DNA from: the human T2T-CHM13v2.0 reference genome, Homo sapiens
Length of the DNA: 64,000 nt
Direction: 5' to 3' (one strand)
NCBI RefSeq assembly: GCF_009914755.1
Contig: NC_060928.1
Shown here: one piece after another, positions 1 through 13,039 of the stretch
How positions within the stretch are numbered: position 1 is the stretch's first letter
Layout of the letters: each line of letters begins with the position of its first letter
Notes under the pieces: model-generated
The model's input: only the letters and a program-made list of their open reading frames with translations
The model's database searches: none
Told to the model about the DNA's origin: nothing
Made by a program: the position numbers and the translations under genes

Positions 1-871
1 ATATATAATTACAGATATTGGTAGAGGAACATAGATGATAGCATTTAGTAAGCCATGCAGAGATTCACATGGCTGAGTTTCTCATAGCTGAGAAACACTT
101 TGCAATATTTAAAAATTCATATCACTTAAAAATATGTAGATATACAAATATACATACATAACATGTCAAGTATGATACTAATCCATTATCACTGAATGCT
201 AAGTATAATACTAATTCATTATCACTGATGGGCACTGAATACTAGAATTCCTTTCACTTTTGCTTTACATGATATGGTCGGAAACTTTTGATTTTAAAAT
301 ACGTAATAAAATAAGTATAGCAAAATAATGTATCTTCCTGTGTGTTAAATATATCATTTTGAATATTTTAGAAAAAAAAACTTTTTGAAAACATGAAAAT
401 AATAATGATTTTCAACATTTTACTTTTTTTCTGTATGCTTTTGGATGGTAATTGAACATTTCATGCATTTTAAAGAATAAGTTACATTTTATTATTAGTC
501 CTTTAGCATGTAAGAGTTGAAATAGTGATAGAAACAGATGACACAAAAGTGCAAATAAGAGAAGAAGAAAAAGGAAACAGAAAATCTTCAAAGGAACAGC
601 CTGATTAAAATTTTATAGAAGTAGAAATAGTGGAAGTGAGAAGACTGCCCTTGGACATGATCCATGTAAAATATGCAAACGACATAGTACATATCCTTTA
701 CTTAATGGAAATTTACTATTTACTAATCAAAACAACACAAATGAACAAGAAAGATTTTTTCCATCAAAGCAACTATTAAATATGTCAGATTAATCTCAGC
801 AACTTCATGTACCTTACTACATTTTTTGAATTATGATCCCAGAAAAAGGCTCTAACATCCTTCTGACAGTA

Positions 872-1014
872 CACCTGGCTAATTTTGTATTTTTAGTAGA
901 GACGGGGTTTCTCCATGTTGGTCAGGCCGGTCTTGAACTCCCAACCTCAGGTGATACACTCGCCTCAGCCTCCGAAAGTGCTGGGATTACAGGCATGAGC
1001 CACCGCACCCGGCC
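872..1014 (-). mobile_element. Alu (S-type), left arm + linker only
   Basis: Antisense Alu 5' half ending ...caccgcacccggcc; right arm and tail absent. Confidence 0.92.
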
Positions 1015-1421
1015 ACAAGAGTACTTTTAGCAAAACACAATCTGACTATGATTTTTCATTGAATATATATGGTAGAATATTTTGTATTTAATTTTAAATT
1101 GAAAGTATTTAAATGGAGAAAAGTAGAAATTGTCATTTTGGTTTTAAGTCAACAGCAAAAAGTGTTATTACTACATTTATGTTTCTCATAAAACATATAA
1201 TACATATATGTTTCTCAACTAATCTTTAAGTTCAATCTTGGTTAATGAATGTATACATGACTTGAAACACTTAAGTTTTTGGTTAAAGATGCAAAAAATA
1301 TCCCTTTTGAAGGAAAATAAATATAATTCACAAATTATTTCCAATAAAATATAAAAATAATTCACAAATAATTGTTAATACTCAAAAAGATTGAATAAAT
1401 ATCATTCAATAAATAACATTG

Positions 1422-1730
<309 letters not shown>

Positions 1731-2245
1731 ATAACGTTCAATTAAGATAAATAAATGCCAATATATTAATGCCAATCTGGAAAATAATATTAAATGTTAA
1801 CATTAACTGACCATAACAATGCTTTTTATGACACTGAGAGAATAGTATTTACAGAAAAGAATGAGATTATTTCAAAATTTGCTGCCAGCATAACCGACCA
1901 TGTAAAATGGATGAAAAAATAGCTATTTAAATGATTACTATCTGGCATGGACAAATAAAAAGATTACTAGTTTAAAGAGTAATATAGTTTTACAATTATG
2001 CATAAGTATAAAGTAAATATTATTTATTTCAACTTGTTTGTAACAAGTACAAAAGCTATATTGAACAACTAATATTTCTTATATTCATTATAAGTATTGT
2101 TCAACTCCCCGAAGAAAATAATAAAGTATATTTTATTAGTTTTATACCTGTTGTGAAAAGTACACGTTCTGGCTTAAGAACTAAAAAACAATTTTCAATT
2201 TTCAGCATTGATTTCAGGTATTTTATGGCCATGATAATAATGTTA

Positions 2246-2564
<319 letters not shown>

Positions 2565-2956
2565 AAAAATGTATATAAGTTAAGAACTGTGCCAAAAAGC
2601 TTGGTATACTGATAGCAAATAGAGATTGTCACTAGAAGGCATGGAAAAGTTTACCAATAACAATGACATTCTTTAGAAAAAATTAGAGTTTGCACACAAT
2701 TTTGTGTGGGTTTTTTGTTTTTGCTTTGTTTTTCTGGGATCTGCCCAAAGATGGAACAAACAATTTGAAAAAGCAAATTGAAAATATTAACTTTGTAGAA
2801 ACTTACAGGTGAAACACATAGCAGGAACGGTATTGCAACAAAATATAGTGACATTGGAACAAGGAAATAAATATGTTTTTTAGGACAACAGAGGAGAAAA
2901 AGACTACAGATAGCGATTTCTACACAGACTGTCTTCTGGCCATTTTTTCATAGTCT

Positions 2957-3070
2957 TATTGAGATAATTTTACATACCATAAAATTCATCCATTTAAAAT
3001 GATCAGTTTAATCAGTTTAATGGTTTTTAGTATATTCACAGACTTGTGCAACCATTGCATAATCTATTTT
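2957..3070 (-). mobile_element. L1M (MB-like) 3' end fragment
   Basis: ttattgagataattttacataccataaaattcatccatttaaa...tatattcacagacttgtgcaacca, a typical antisense L1MB 3' terminus. Confidence 0.7.
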
Positions 3071-3078
3071 TCTCATAC

Positions 3079-3389
3079 TTTTTTTTTTTTTTTTTTTTTT
3101 TTTTGAGATGGAGTTTCACTCTTGTTGCCCAGGCTGGAGTGCAACCGTACAATCTTGTCTTACCACAACCTCCATCCCCCCGGGTTCAAGCGATTTTCCT
3201 GCCTTAGCCTCCCGAGTAGATGGGATTACAGGCATGCGCCACCACACCCGGCTAATTTTTTGTATTTTTAGTAGAGACGGGGTTTCTCCATACTGGTCAG
3301 GCTGGTCTCAAACTCTTGACCTCAGGTGATCCGCCTGCCTCGGCCTCCCAAATTGCTGGGATTACAGGCGTGAGCCACTGCACCCGGCC
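3079..3389 (-). mobile_element. Full-length Alu (Sp/Sq-like)
   Basis: Long T tract followed by antisense Alu body; TSD tctcatac at 3071-3078 and 3390-3397. Confidence 0.95.
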
Positions 3390-3409
3390 TCTCATACATT
3401 TTAGTAACA

Positions 3410-4240
3410 GATTCATTGAGATATAATTCATATACCATAAAATTCATCTTTTAAAGTGTACAATTCAGTAATTTTTAGTATACTCTGAGTTGTGCAACTA
3501 TGTCCACTACCTAATTCCAGAATAATTCTTCACTCCAAAAAAAAAAAAAATTCCTTCCCAATTAGCAGCCACCCCTCATTCCTCCCTTCTCCCCTGCCCA
3601 TCAATCCCCCATCCTCAACCCAACTCCTAGAAAATCACTAATCTACATTCTGTCTCTGTGGATTTACCTATTCTGGACATTTAAATGGAAATGTGGTCTT
3701 TTAGGTCTGCCTTCTTTCACTAAACACAATGTTTTCCAGTTACATCTACGTTTAGCATATATCAGAACTTCATTTTATTTGTGACTAGTAATATTTTAAT
3801 GTATGGATACACTACATTTATTATCTGTTCAATAGCTGCTGGACATTTGGGTATTTTCTGTTTTTTGGCTATTATTAATAATGCTATTATTAACGTATAT
3901 TTTCAGTTCTCTTGCATATGTACCTGGGGTGGAATCAATAGGTCATATTGTAATTCTACTTTTAGCATTTAGGGGAACTGCCAAATAATTTTCCAAAGCA
4001 ATGGCATCATTTTACATTTTCAGAAGCAATATATGAGGATTCCAATTTTTGCGTGTCTTTCCTAACACTTGTTACTGTCTGCCTTTTTGATTATAGTCAT
4101 CTTACTGTGCATGAAGTGGTATGTTATTGTAGTTTCTATTTGCATTTTACTAATAACTAATGATGTTGAGCATCTTTTCATGTACTTACTAGCCATTAGT
4201 GTATCTTCTCTGGAAAAATGTCTATTCAAATCCTATCCTC
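3410..4240 (-). mobile_element. L1M (MB-like) 3' region
   Basis: Antisense L1 3' UTR/ORF2-end motifs such as tctgtctctgtggatttacctattctggacattt and gatgttgagcatcttttcatgt. Confidence 0.85.
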
Positions 4241-4251
4241 CCCTTGAATTA

Positions 4252-4545
4252 ATTTTGGGGAATAGGGTCTCACTTTGTCACTAAGGCTGGAATACAGTGG
4301 ATTAGAGCTCAACGTAACCTCAAACTCCTGGGCTCAAGTGAACGTCCCCACTCAGCCTCCAGTGTAGCTAGAACTATGGGTGCACTCCACCACCATGCCT
4401 GGCTAATTAATTTTTTTTTTTGTTTTGGTAAAGATGGGTCTCACTATGTTGTCCAGGCTCCTCTCCAACTCCTGGTCTCAAACGATCCTCTTGCCTTGGC
4501 TTCTGAAAGTGCTGAGATTACAGGTGTGAACCACCATGCCTGGCC
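4252..4545 (-). mobile_element. AluJ-like, diverged
   Basis: agggtctcact...ctcctgggctcaagtga...ccaccatgcctggcc. Confidence 0.88.
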
Positions 4546-6326
4546 TGGCTTTTTATTGACTTGTATTTCTTGCCATTTTAAGATCAAAATATAATCTTGA
4601 TGGAATCAAAATTTGATAAAATTGAACAAATACTGCTCTCTCTTTGTTTTTTTAAATATACAACATTTTAAAATTTGAAAGAACAGCATGAGTAAGAGTT
4701 ACATTTATATGTCACTTTTAAAAGATGGTAAAATTACAATAGAAATGACAGCAATTCATACATAAAATTAAAACATTTTGAATATTTTTATGATCTTGTA
4801 ATTTATCAGTGGGATGATTTGATCATATTTGAACATGATATATAAAAATCCACAGCTCATTTTTGAACTTAAGCATTGAACTACAAAATTTGTTCACTAT
4901 TCTGGTTACTACTGCCTCTGCAGAGCAACATTTTTTCAAGTTAAAATGTATACAAAAACACCAATCTGAACATTATAAGCTAACTGAATTTGGCATTACT
5001 CTCATTAGAACACTAACTGTGTGAAAAATCTTGACTGTAATATCAACATGATTACTTAAGGTAAAATTTATTTTCTGGCTAAATATGAATTATATATTTT
5101 TATAACTAATCTAAACACTTCTAGCCCATAAAAAAACACTCAACTATAAGCCATAGTAACTACTGCAGTTATTTTTGATATTTTTCCAACTTTCAATCAA
5201 ATGAAAACAGTCTTTTATACATATTTATCAATTTTGTTGTATTAATGTCAAAGTCAAGGTATAAGAATATAGCATATTTAATAGTTTGTTTACTTGATAA
5301 TTTAATTTTAATAGTTTACTTATTTATATATATTAAGTTATTCAATAGTTTGTTAACTGTATAATTTAAAAATGTTTATTTGTTCTCTTGTCCTAGGCAG
5401 GCCTGGTCGTGCCTATTGTTAAAAATTTGTGAATGCCTTATGATGGTGTATTTGTTATGATTACACAACATGAATTAGTGAAAGAATGATAAATATGAGT
5501 CTCTTCTAATCCTGGAAGGCTCCAAATACCCATAACTATGTTGAGAAGAAGAGACAAGGATGTGAGGAGATAAAATGATACAGCTAATATAAAAGTATAT
5601 CTAGAAAAGAAGTGCAGGAATTTATCACTATATGTTTCCCACTGAATCAAATAGATTAAAAGTCCTAGAATATTACTTTACATCTAGAGAAAATATAAGC
5701 CAGAAATTATAAATGTCTGAGACTTTGAGAGACTTAAAATGGTCCTTCCTTCTCTTCTGTTTATAAGCATGGGGCACAAAAAGCTACACAGCCTGTAATG
5801 ATGATGCACTTTTATTTAATGCCCACTGCAGACTTCACAAACAGGGGAGAGCCAAAGACCATGGGAAAAAAACAATGGATTTGAGGTGCCTCTGCTACAG
5901 AGCAAGATCAGGGCCTATTCAAGGAATGTTCCTATCCCATTCTCATCTCCCAGGGTAGAGGGTCCTCACCACCTTTACCTGGTGAGATTTCAGAACTGTT
6001 GTGAATCACATTGGTGTCTGCCATGTCTATTCTATGATTCTCTTCATATGGAAGTGTTTAATGAATGCAGTCATTCTGATCCTGTTCTACTGCTGTATAT
6101 TTGGGGAGCATGAAAAACTAATCTTTTAAGCTCATGCTTGACTAGAGCAAAACAAATCATAATCAGATTTTATGTGGAGTGTACTCCATTATCACAGCTG
6201 GAAAGCCTGGGCTTTGAGCTTAATGCCATAGCAAAACAGAACTTTTGGACTGACTTCTTTGGGGAGAGGCTGAGTATATTTTGCCTATGGGAGATATGGG
6301 GAGTTGAATATTTGATTATCTGAAGG

Positions 6327-6706
6327 GTGGTAGAAAGTGATAGTCCCAAATGCTGTCCACCAACTATTTCCAGCTTTCATCCTCCTGGGCACATGGTAGA
6401 ACTAGCCCTCTTGTCCCATCTGAAGTGGAGTGGCCCATGTGATCAGTTTTGGCCAGTGGGTTATGATGAAAGGAATGCCACTTCCAGGATGGAGTTTTTC
6501 ATTGCTGTGTGAGACTCCATGATAACAAACAATGTTTAAGGTAGTGGCTGCTTCATCAACCTTAGGTCGAGAGAACCTTGAGTTAGAGCTTCAGCCAACC
6601 ACCAACGGACAGATAGATGAGGCAAATAACTGTTGTTGCTATAAGCCATAAAGAGATGAAAGTTATTTATTACTACATTATAATGTAGACTCTTCTGATT
6701 GCTATA
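6327..6706 (+). mobile_element. MaLR LTR (MLT1I/J-like)
   Basis: ctcctgggcacatggtagaact...catgtgatcagttttggccagtggg...tgttgctataagcca, MLT1-type motifs. The 5750-6325 stretch may be MLT1 internal sequence. Confidence 0.65.
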
Positions 6707-8421
6707 ATGACACCAAACATCAGCTTCGTTAATAAAAATGAAACGTTTCTCCAAATGAAATGAATATTAGAGACATTTACTTAATTGTTAACCTGGACAA
6801 GAAACATTTTGAATTGTGACTATTAGGTCAAATTATTTTTGAACTTAATTTGTTGGCCCTATGATGAGATTGAGATTCAGAACCATGTGATACCTTGCCC
6901 TGTGAAAAGCAGATGAACTCTTAAATTTGAGATATTTTACCCCATCTGTAGTATTTACAGTTACTGCAGGTGGCACAATGATTTTGGAATAATGAAAGCT
7001 AATGTAGCTAATTTCTTCCCAGGATACTTGGCAGTTTTTCTCAATCTTTTGGTTGCTTTCTCAAAACAGCTGGAACTTAATTCTAACAATACAGAGAGAC
7101 AACATTGTCCTGCAGCTTTTAATTGCCAATTATGGAGGTTTCAATTTATGAATCTATCTTTTATGTGATTATATTAGAGTTTAAAAAGAAGGTTTTTAAA
7201 CACTATCAGGATTACTTCTTCACATTCCTTACCTAAGTTGTGAAGGTTAATAGGTTTTAATCTATAGCTGTAAACAATAATGAATATCTATATATAACCA
7301 CTGAAGAAAGGTAAATATCTATACTGTCATATCTTTGCAAATCTAAATAATATTAGATTAAGTTTATAGAACTATCATTTATAGATAATTCTGTTAAGTT
7401 CATAGAATTATAAAGCAGATAATTACATGAAAAATACATCACTATAAATTAAACATATTGACTAGGCAAAAAGCATAAATATCAAAATATCAACTATCTT
7501 TCACATATCAGAAATATATATGACACATATATAGATAAATATACATATATGTGTGTGTATATATCCACACACACCGATGTACTTATCAGATATGAGCATA
7601 TACATAAAATCCTCAAATTGACATTTTCTTAAATAAAAGCAATGGTATACATTCCTGAGCACAAAATAATGTTTTAAGGATTATTTTTACAACAGACTCT
7701 TGACTTATATTTAGATTTGATTGATTGCTGGTCTTAGTTAATCAAATTATTTCACAGTCTCTATTTTCCCATAAGAGGGAAAAGCAAGCAGTATTTATTC
7801 ACTTAACTGGTTCTGGAGTAAAGGGTTCGTATCTGGTTCCTGCTGTATTCCACAGTTAAATAATGTATTATACTAAAAAAAAACTTAACTAGTCCTGGGG
7901 TAAAAGGTTTTTGTTTTGTTCCTGCCGTACTTCTAAAGTTAAATCATGTATTATATTAAAAGAAAATAAGTTTTGAATAGAGTTTTATTGAACTCTTTTG
8001 TTATGAATGGCATATTGGTTCGTATATTTTCTCCCATGACTTATTTCTGTCTTTCTCCGTGGTCTCCAAAAATGAAAGAGGAAATTAGATATTTGTCTCT
8101 ATATATTGATTACCAAAATTTACTGATGCTGATACTAAGGTGCTCAGGAATTTCAGGGCTGGGAAATACCCTGTTTACTTAAAGAACCCTACTTAAACCA
8201 ACTGGAAATTCAGTGCCCTTAACTACCACATTATAGCCCCTTCTAGACGTTAACATTGTTTGTTTTTCCATTTTTTATTTTGAAATCATTATTGATCCAC
8301 AGGAATTTTCAAAGGTAGTACAAAGATATCCTGAGTGTGCTTCATCCAGTTTTCCCCAATGGTTACTTAGTGTCAGTCCCCACAGCCCCTCAGTCTTCTA
8401 CAAGGAACACACTCTCTTGGA

Positions 8422-9240
8422 TAGAGGTCCTCAAACTTGGCTTCGCATTAGATTATATAGGGAGCTTTAACAATATTGATGCCCAGAACACACCCTGGAT
8501 CAATATACCTTCAGTTTATGATTGTTAATTTTATGTGTCAACTTGACTGGGCCATGAGGTGCCTAGACATTTGGTCAAACATTATTCTGGGTGTGTCTGT
8601 GAAGGTGTTTTTAGATTAACTTAAAATTTCAGTTGACAGACTAAGTAAAATAGATTGTTATCCCTGAGTGGGTAGGCCTCACCCAATCAGCTGAAATTCT
8701 ATTTTTGAATAGAAAAAAAAAAGGCTGACTTCCCTGAATAAGTGGAAATTCCTTCTGCCTCACTTTAGGCTGGAACATGTTTCCTCCTGCCTTCAGGCTC
8801 ACACCGAAACATCGCCTCTTCCTGGATCTGTAGCCTGCTAGCTTCTGGACTGAAACTACACCCCATCAGTTCTCCAGAGTCTCTAGATTGCTGACTGCAG
8901 ATCTTGGTACTTGTCAGCCCTCATAAAATCTTTCTCTGCACATATATATAGTATACAGATACTATATATAGTAAATATTAATTATAATCTTAGGGTATAA
9001 ATATTAATTATATTTTATAATGGTATAATTGTGATATGATATAAATATATATTATAATCTGTACAATAATAATTTAATGATAATTATTGATGTAATATTA
9101 ATAAAATGTTATATATTACATATATTTTTCCATTGGTTCTCTTGCTCTAGAGGACCCTGATACAGGATGGAATATCGACATCACTACTTTTTGAACTTTC
9201 ACACCATTTCAGTGTGCAACAAAGGTTGAGATGCTATGCT
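8422..9240 (+). mobile_element. MER5A1-like hAT element split by an LTR (halves ~8422-8516 and ~9165-9240)
   Basis: gtcctcaaacttggct...ggagctttaacaatattgatgccc on the left; ...tgtgcaacaaaggttgaga on the right. Confidence 0.6.
8517..9164 (+). mobile_element. ERVL LTR (MLT2-like) with internal AT-rich tract (~8940-9128)
   Basis: Starts gattgttaattttatgtgtcaacttgactgggcca and ends cattggttct...ctctagaggaccctgataca, both typical MLT2 termini. Confidence 0.85.
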
Positions 9241-9664
9241 AGTACATTTAGGGAAATTTACAATTGCTGCCCCAAATTGTATGTGTGTGTGAGATTGTGT
9301 GTGTGTGTGTGTGTGTGTATGTGTGTTTTCTTCCCTGTTCCACCATAGGCAAACACTTATTTCTCTACTTATTTAATCCTGCAGTTTATGAGTTTCAGTT
9401 ACCCATGAGTAAGTGTTGTTATCCTTTCAAAGGCTTTGACAAGGATTGTGGTAAATATAGTTCTCATCTACTTTTATGGCCTGGTTCCTTACATTTCTCC
9501 ATACTGTCACTGCTCATAGCTATATAGACATTTTAGACTCTAACATAAATTTGGGGGAAACAAAAGGCTTGATTTTGGTGACTAATTTTAAATTGCATAT
9601 GAAATAACTTTTTCTATAGTGCAAAGAGGGATTGTCCAAGCAGTCAAACTGTCTACAGGATGCT

Positions 9665-10070
9665 TCCATTAGTTAGCACAAAAGGCTAAGTTTCTATAAC
9701 AAAGACACATCAACACACAGCAGCTTGAGTATAACACATTATCTTCTTTCTCTCATATAAAGTTCCAGGTGGGCATTCCAGCTCATGTAGATGGTTTTGC
9801 TGCACCCAGACCTTCTAGGATCCATGGTTCTTCTCTTACATTATTTCATTATCCATTAGAGCATTTTCATTATCTGCCTGAACAAAGCTGCATGGGTTCC
9901 ACCTGGTAGGAAGGGGAAAAGAGCAAGAAGCAGGCATGGCCATCACCCTAAGGCATAGCCCGTAAATGGCATAGCCACTGTCAGGAACTGAGTGGCTGCA
10001 CCTAACTGAGGGAGTCTGTGCTATGTAGTCTATCTGTTCACCCAACAAGAGGCAGAAAAGAATTTTGGTG
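9665..10070 (-). mobile_element. Old MaLR LTR (MLT1K/L-like)
   Basis: ggctaagtttctataacaaa...cagcttga...tttctctcatataaagttccaggtggg, resembling antisense MLT1. Confidence 0.45.
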
Positions 10071-10509
10071 GGAAGTAATAGGACTTTGACACTACCATCT
10101 ACTGAAAATTCCCGGTTTCTAAGCCACCTCCATTGTACCAGGAGGGAAGAGGGGTGTTTAACTTTTACTGAATTACTAGTTTTCTTCTCTTAAACTCCCT
10201 TAATGTTTTATTTTTGATTATTTAGATCCTGTCTTATTTCCACAAATAATTCAGAAATGTGTGTGAAAATTTATAAAGTGAAATCGGATAGAAAAAATGA
10301 GTTAAGAAATAGCAAAAATTTATTAGGAAACTTTATTAGAAAAATAAAGTTAAGACTGTCATATGGTTAGCATGCAGAAATGTGAATTTTTACACAATAC
10401 CTAATAATATGTCCAAAATTTAGCTTTGTGATTCCTAGCACTAAAAGAAAATAGAGAAACAATAGCATTTATAAGATTCAACAGAGCCATAATATAAAAT
10501 TTACCTATA

Positions 10510-10735
10510 GATAACATTTAGTGAGAGCTTTTTAGGTGCCGTGTACCACTCTAAGCAACTTACTTATATTAACTCATTTAAACATCACAACAATCCCATA
10601 AAATAGGTACTGTTATGGTCCCATTATTAGAGATACGAAAATTGAGGCCGATTTAAGTCACTGCCTCAATAACTTGGATTCAGACTTAGGCAAATCAACT
10701 GCAAAGTCAGTGCCTTTAACTACTATACTATAGCC
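10510..10735 (-). mobile_element. MIR
   Basis: aactcatttaaacatcacaacaatccc...aggtactgttatggtcccatt...aaaattgaggc antisense core. Confidence 0.8.
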
Positions 10736-10766
10736 TATTCTAGACATTAATATTATTTGGTTTTAC

Positions 10767-11610
10767 CTTTTTTATTTTGAAATCATTATTGACCCACAGA
10801 AATGTTCAAAGGTAGTACAAAGAGATCCTGGGTGTGCTTCACCCAGTTTTCCCCAATGGTTACTTAATTATAATACAGTATCAAAACCCATATGGTATAA
10901 TATCAAAAGATACCAACACATTTAGTACTATGTGCGTCTATAGTTTTATGCCAAACAAAACATGGAACTATTCCATTACCACAAAGATCTGCCTTGTGCT
11001 CTCCCTACATAGTCAAATCTGCACTTTTTCCCCTACCCGTCCCAACACTTGATAAGCATCAGTTTGTTTTCCACCTCTGCAGTTTTGTCATTTTGAGACA
11101 GTTATTTAAATGGAACCATAGAATATGTAGCTTTATGAGACCAGCTTTTTTGCTCAGCATAGTGTGTTTTTAGATTCATCCATGTTGCTGTGTTTATCAA
11201 TATGTTGTTCCTTTTTATTGCTGAGTAGTATGCCATGGTGTAGATGTACCACAACTTGTTTAACTTTTCACCTGTTGTAAGCCATTTTATCTGCTTGCAG
11301 TTTGAGCTATTACAAATAAAGCTGCTGTAAAAATGTGTGTGCAGACTTTTGCATTGACATAAATTCTCATTTTTTGGGACAAATATACAAGAATGAGATT
11401 ACTGGAATGTATAGTCAGTGTATATTTAGTGTTATTATTTAATGAACATGCCAAACTATTTTTTCGTACTGGCTATACCACTTTAAATTTCCATGAGCAA
11501 TGTATACATCCAGTTTTTACACACCCTTGCCAAACTTTTTATTGCCACTATTTTTTAATTTTAGATGTTCTACTAGGTGTGTAGTAATATCTTGTAATGG
11601 ACTAGAATTG
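10767..11610 (-). mobile_element. L1M (MC-like) 3' region
   Basis: cacccagtttttccccaatggt...attcatccatgttgctgtgtttatcaat...tttttattgctgagtagtat. Confidence 0.8.
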
Positions 11611-11882
11611 CTTTTGTGTATTCAAGCCTGTTTGGAAATTGTTCAAACTATTATAGAAATTAGGAGACTTGAATAGCCTTTTTGATGTTGCCTATAACTA
11701 CTTCTGTTACTTAATGTAGGTCCTTAACTTGTATGAATCTCAGCTTTCTCTACTGAAATGTAGGAATAATAATTACTGCCTTATATCCTTATTCCAATGA
11801 AGATGAAATTATAAAATATATATGAAAGTATCATTAAACATTGCTCTTTTGCAACATGAAACCAATGTTTTGATTCAGATAA

Positions 11883-12110
11883 TTTTTTTTTTTTTGAGAC
11901 AGAGTTTTGCTGTGTGACCCAGTCTGGAGTACAGTGGTACAGTCAGTGCTCATTGCAGCCTTGACCTCCCGGGCTCAAGCAATCCTCCTAATTCAGCCTC
12001 CAGAGGAGTTGGAACTACAGGTATGCACCACCATGCTCAACAAATTTTTTGTTTGTTTGTTTGTTTGTTTGTTTTTTGGTAGAGATGGGATCTCACCATG
12101 TTGCCCAGGA
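11883..12110 (-). mobile_element. AluJ-like, 5' truncated
   Basis: T tract, gagacagag..., cccgggctcaagcaatcctcc; linker expanded to (gttt)n. Confidence 0.88.
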
Positions 12111-13039
12111 TTTATTTTTAAAGATCTAGGAATTTAGGGATTTTCCCTCTTCTTTTTCTTTTTAGTAGTTCCCACTGTCTTTCCTCAACTAAGCATTTGC
12201 GTATGTTTTGCTTTGCCTGAAGTGAGAACTCCCAAATCATTAAAGGCATTTTACTCTTTGTTATTATCAACATTCGAATAAAGAAAGCATCTAAAATATT
12301 TTGCTTCTTTGTTCCATATAGTGGCAATAAAATCATAGACTCTCATAGCTTGAACGACATTAGCAATTATATAGAGCATCCTCATTATTTCATAGATCAA
12401 GAGCCAAACATTCAGCTAGTGTAAATGACCTGCCCAAGCCCCCCAGCTAATTGAGAATGTTTATAGGAATAACCTCCAGTTGTGAGGAGTCCTAGGTAAA
12501 GATACATTCCCACTGAAAGCTGTTGGTCCATCTATAGAATTCCTCCTCCCCCACATGACTGAACCACAGCTTGCTTTCTTGTTTATTTCTTTGTGCATAT
12601 GTCTCCTTGAGGGCTCACAGCATGCTTCTGGTTCCCATACTCTCACTCATAATGGCCAATATCCTTTTTCCCTTCTGGAAATCCTTCCTGTGCCCTGTGA
12701 AGAGTTCTTCTCTCATATATACACCCTCATACACTCCTCACATTCTTCCCCATCAGTCTTATCCCCTTCCTCCAATTACTGCCACCTTCATATCTCAATC
12801 TTCCCTCTTCTCTATACATAGCTCCCCTCTCTGGATCTTCCTTACTCCTCCCTCACAGCTCATAACCCAAAACCCATACTTATTAATCCTTAAGGACTTT
12901 TCCTTCCCCATCCCTCAGTATCTGTGTAGCAATCTTTAGCCCTCCACAGGGTTTAGGAATAACGCCTTTTAGTTTGTCTTGTTGTGATTTCAATTATGTT
13001 TTACCCTTAAAGTGTACAAATTTAGGTGCTTGGTTGTTT

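Noticed and set aside
6961-6978. CTCF-like actgcaggtggca
   Set aside because: Mismatch at the conserved CC of the core; too weak without binding data.
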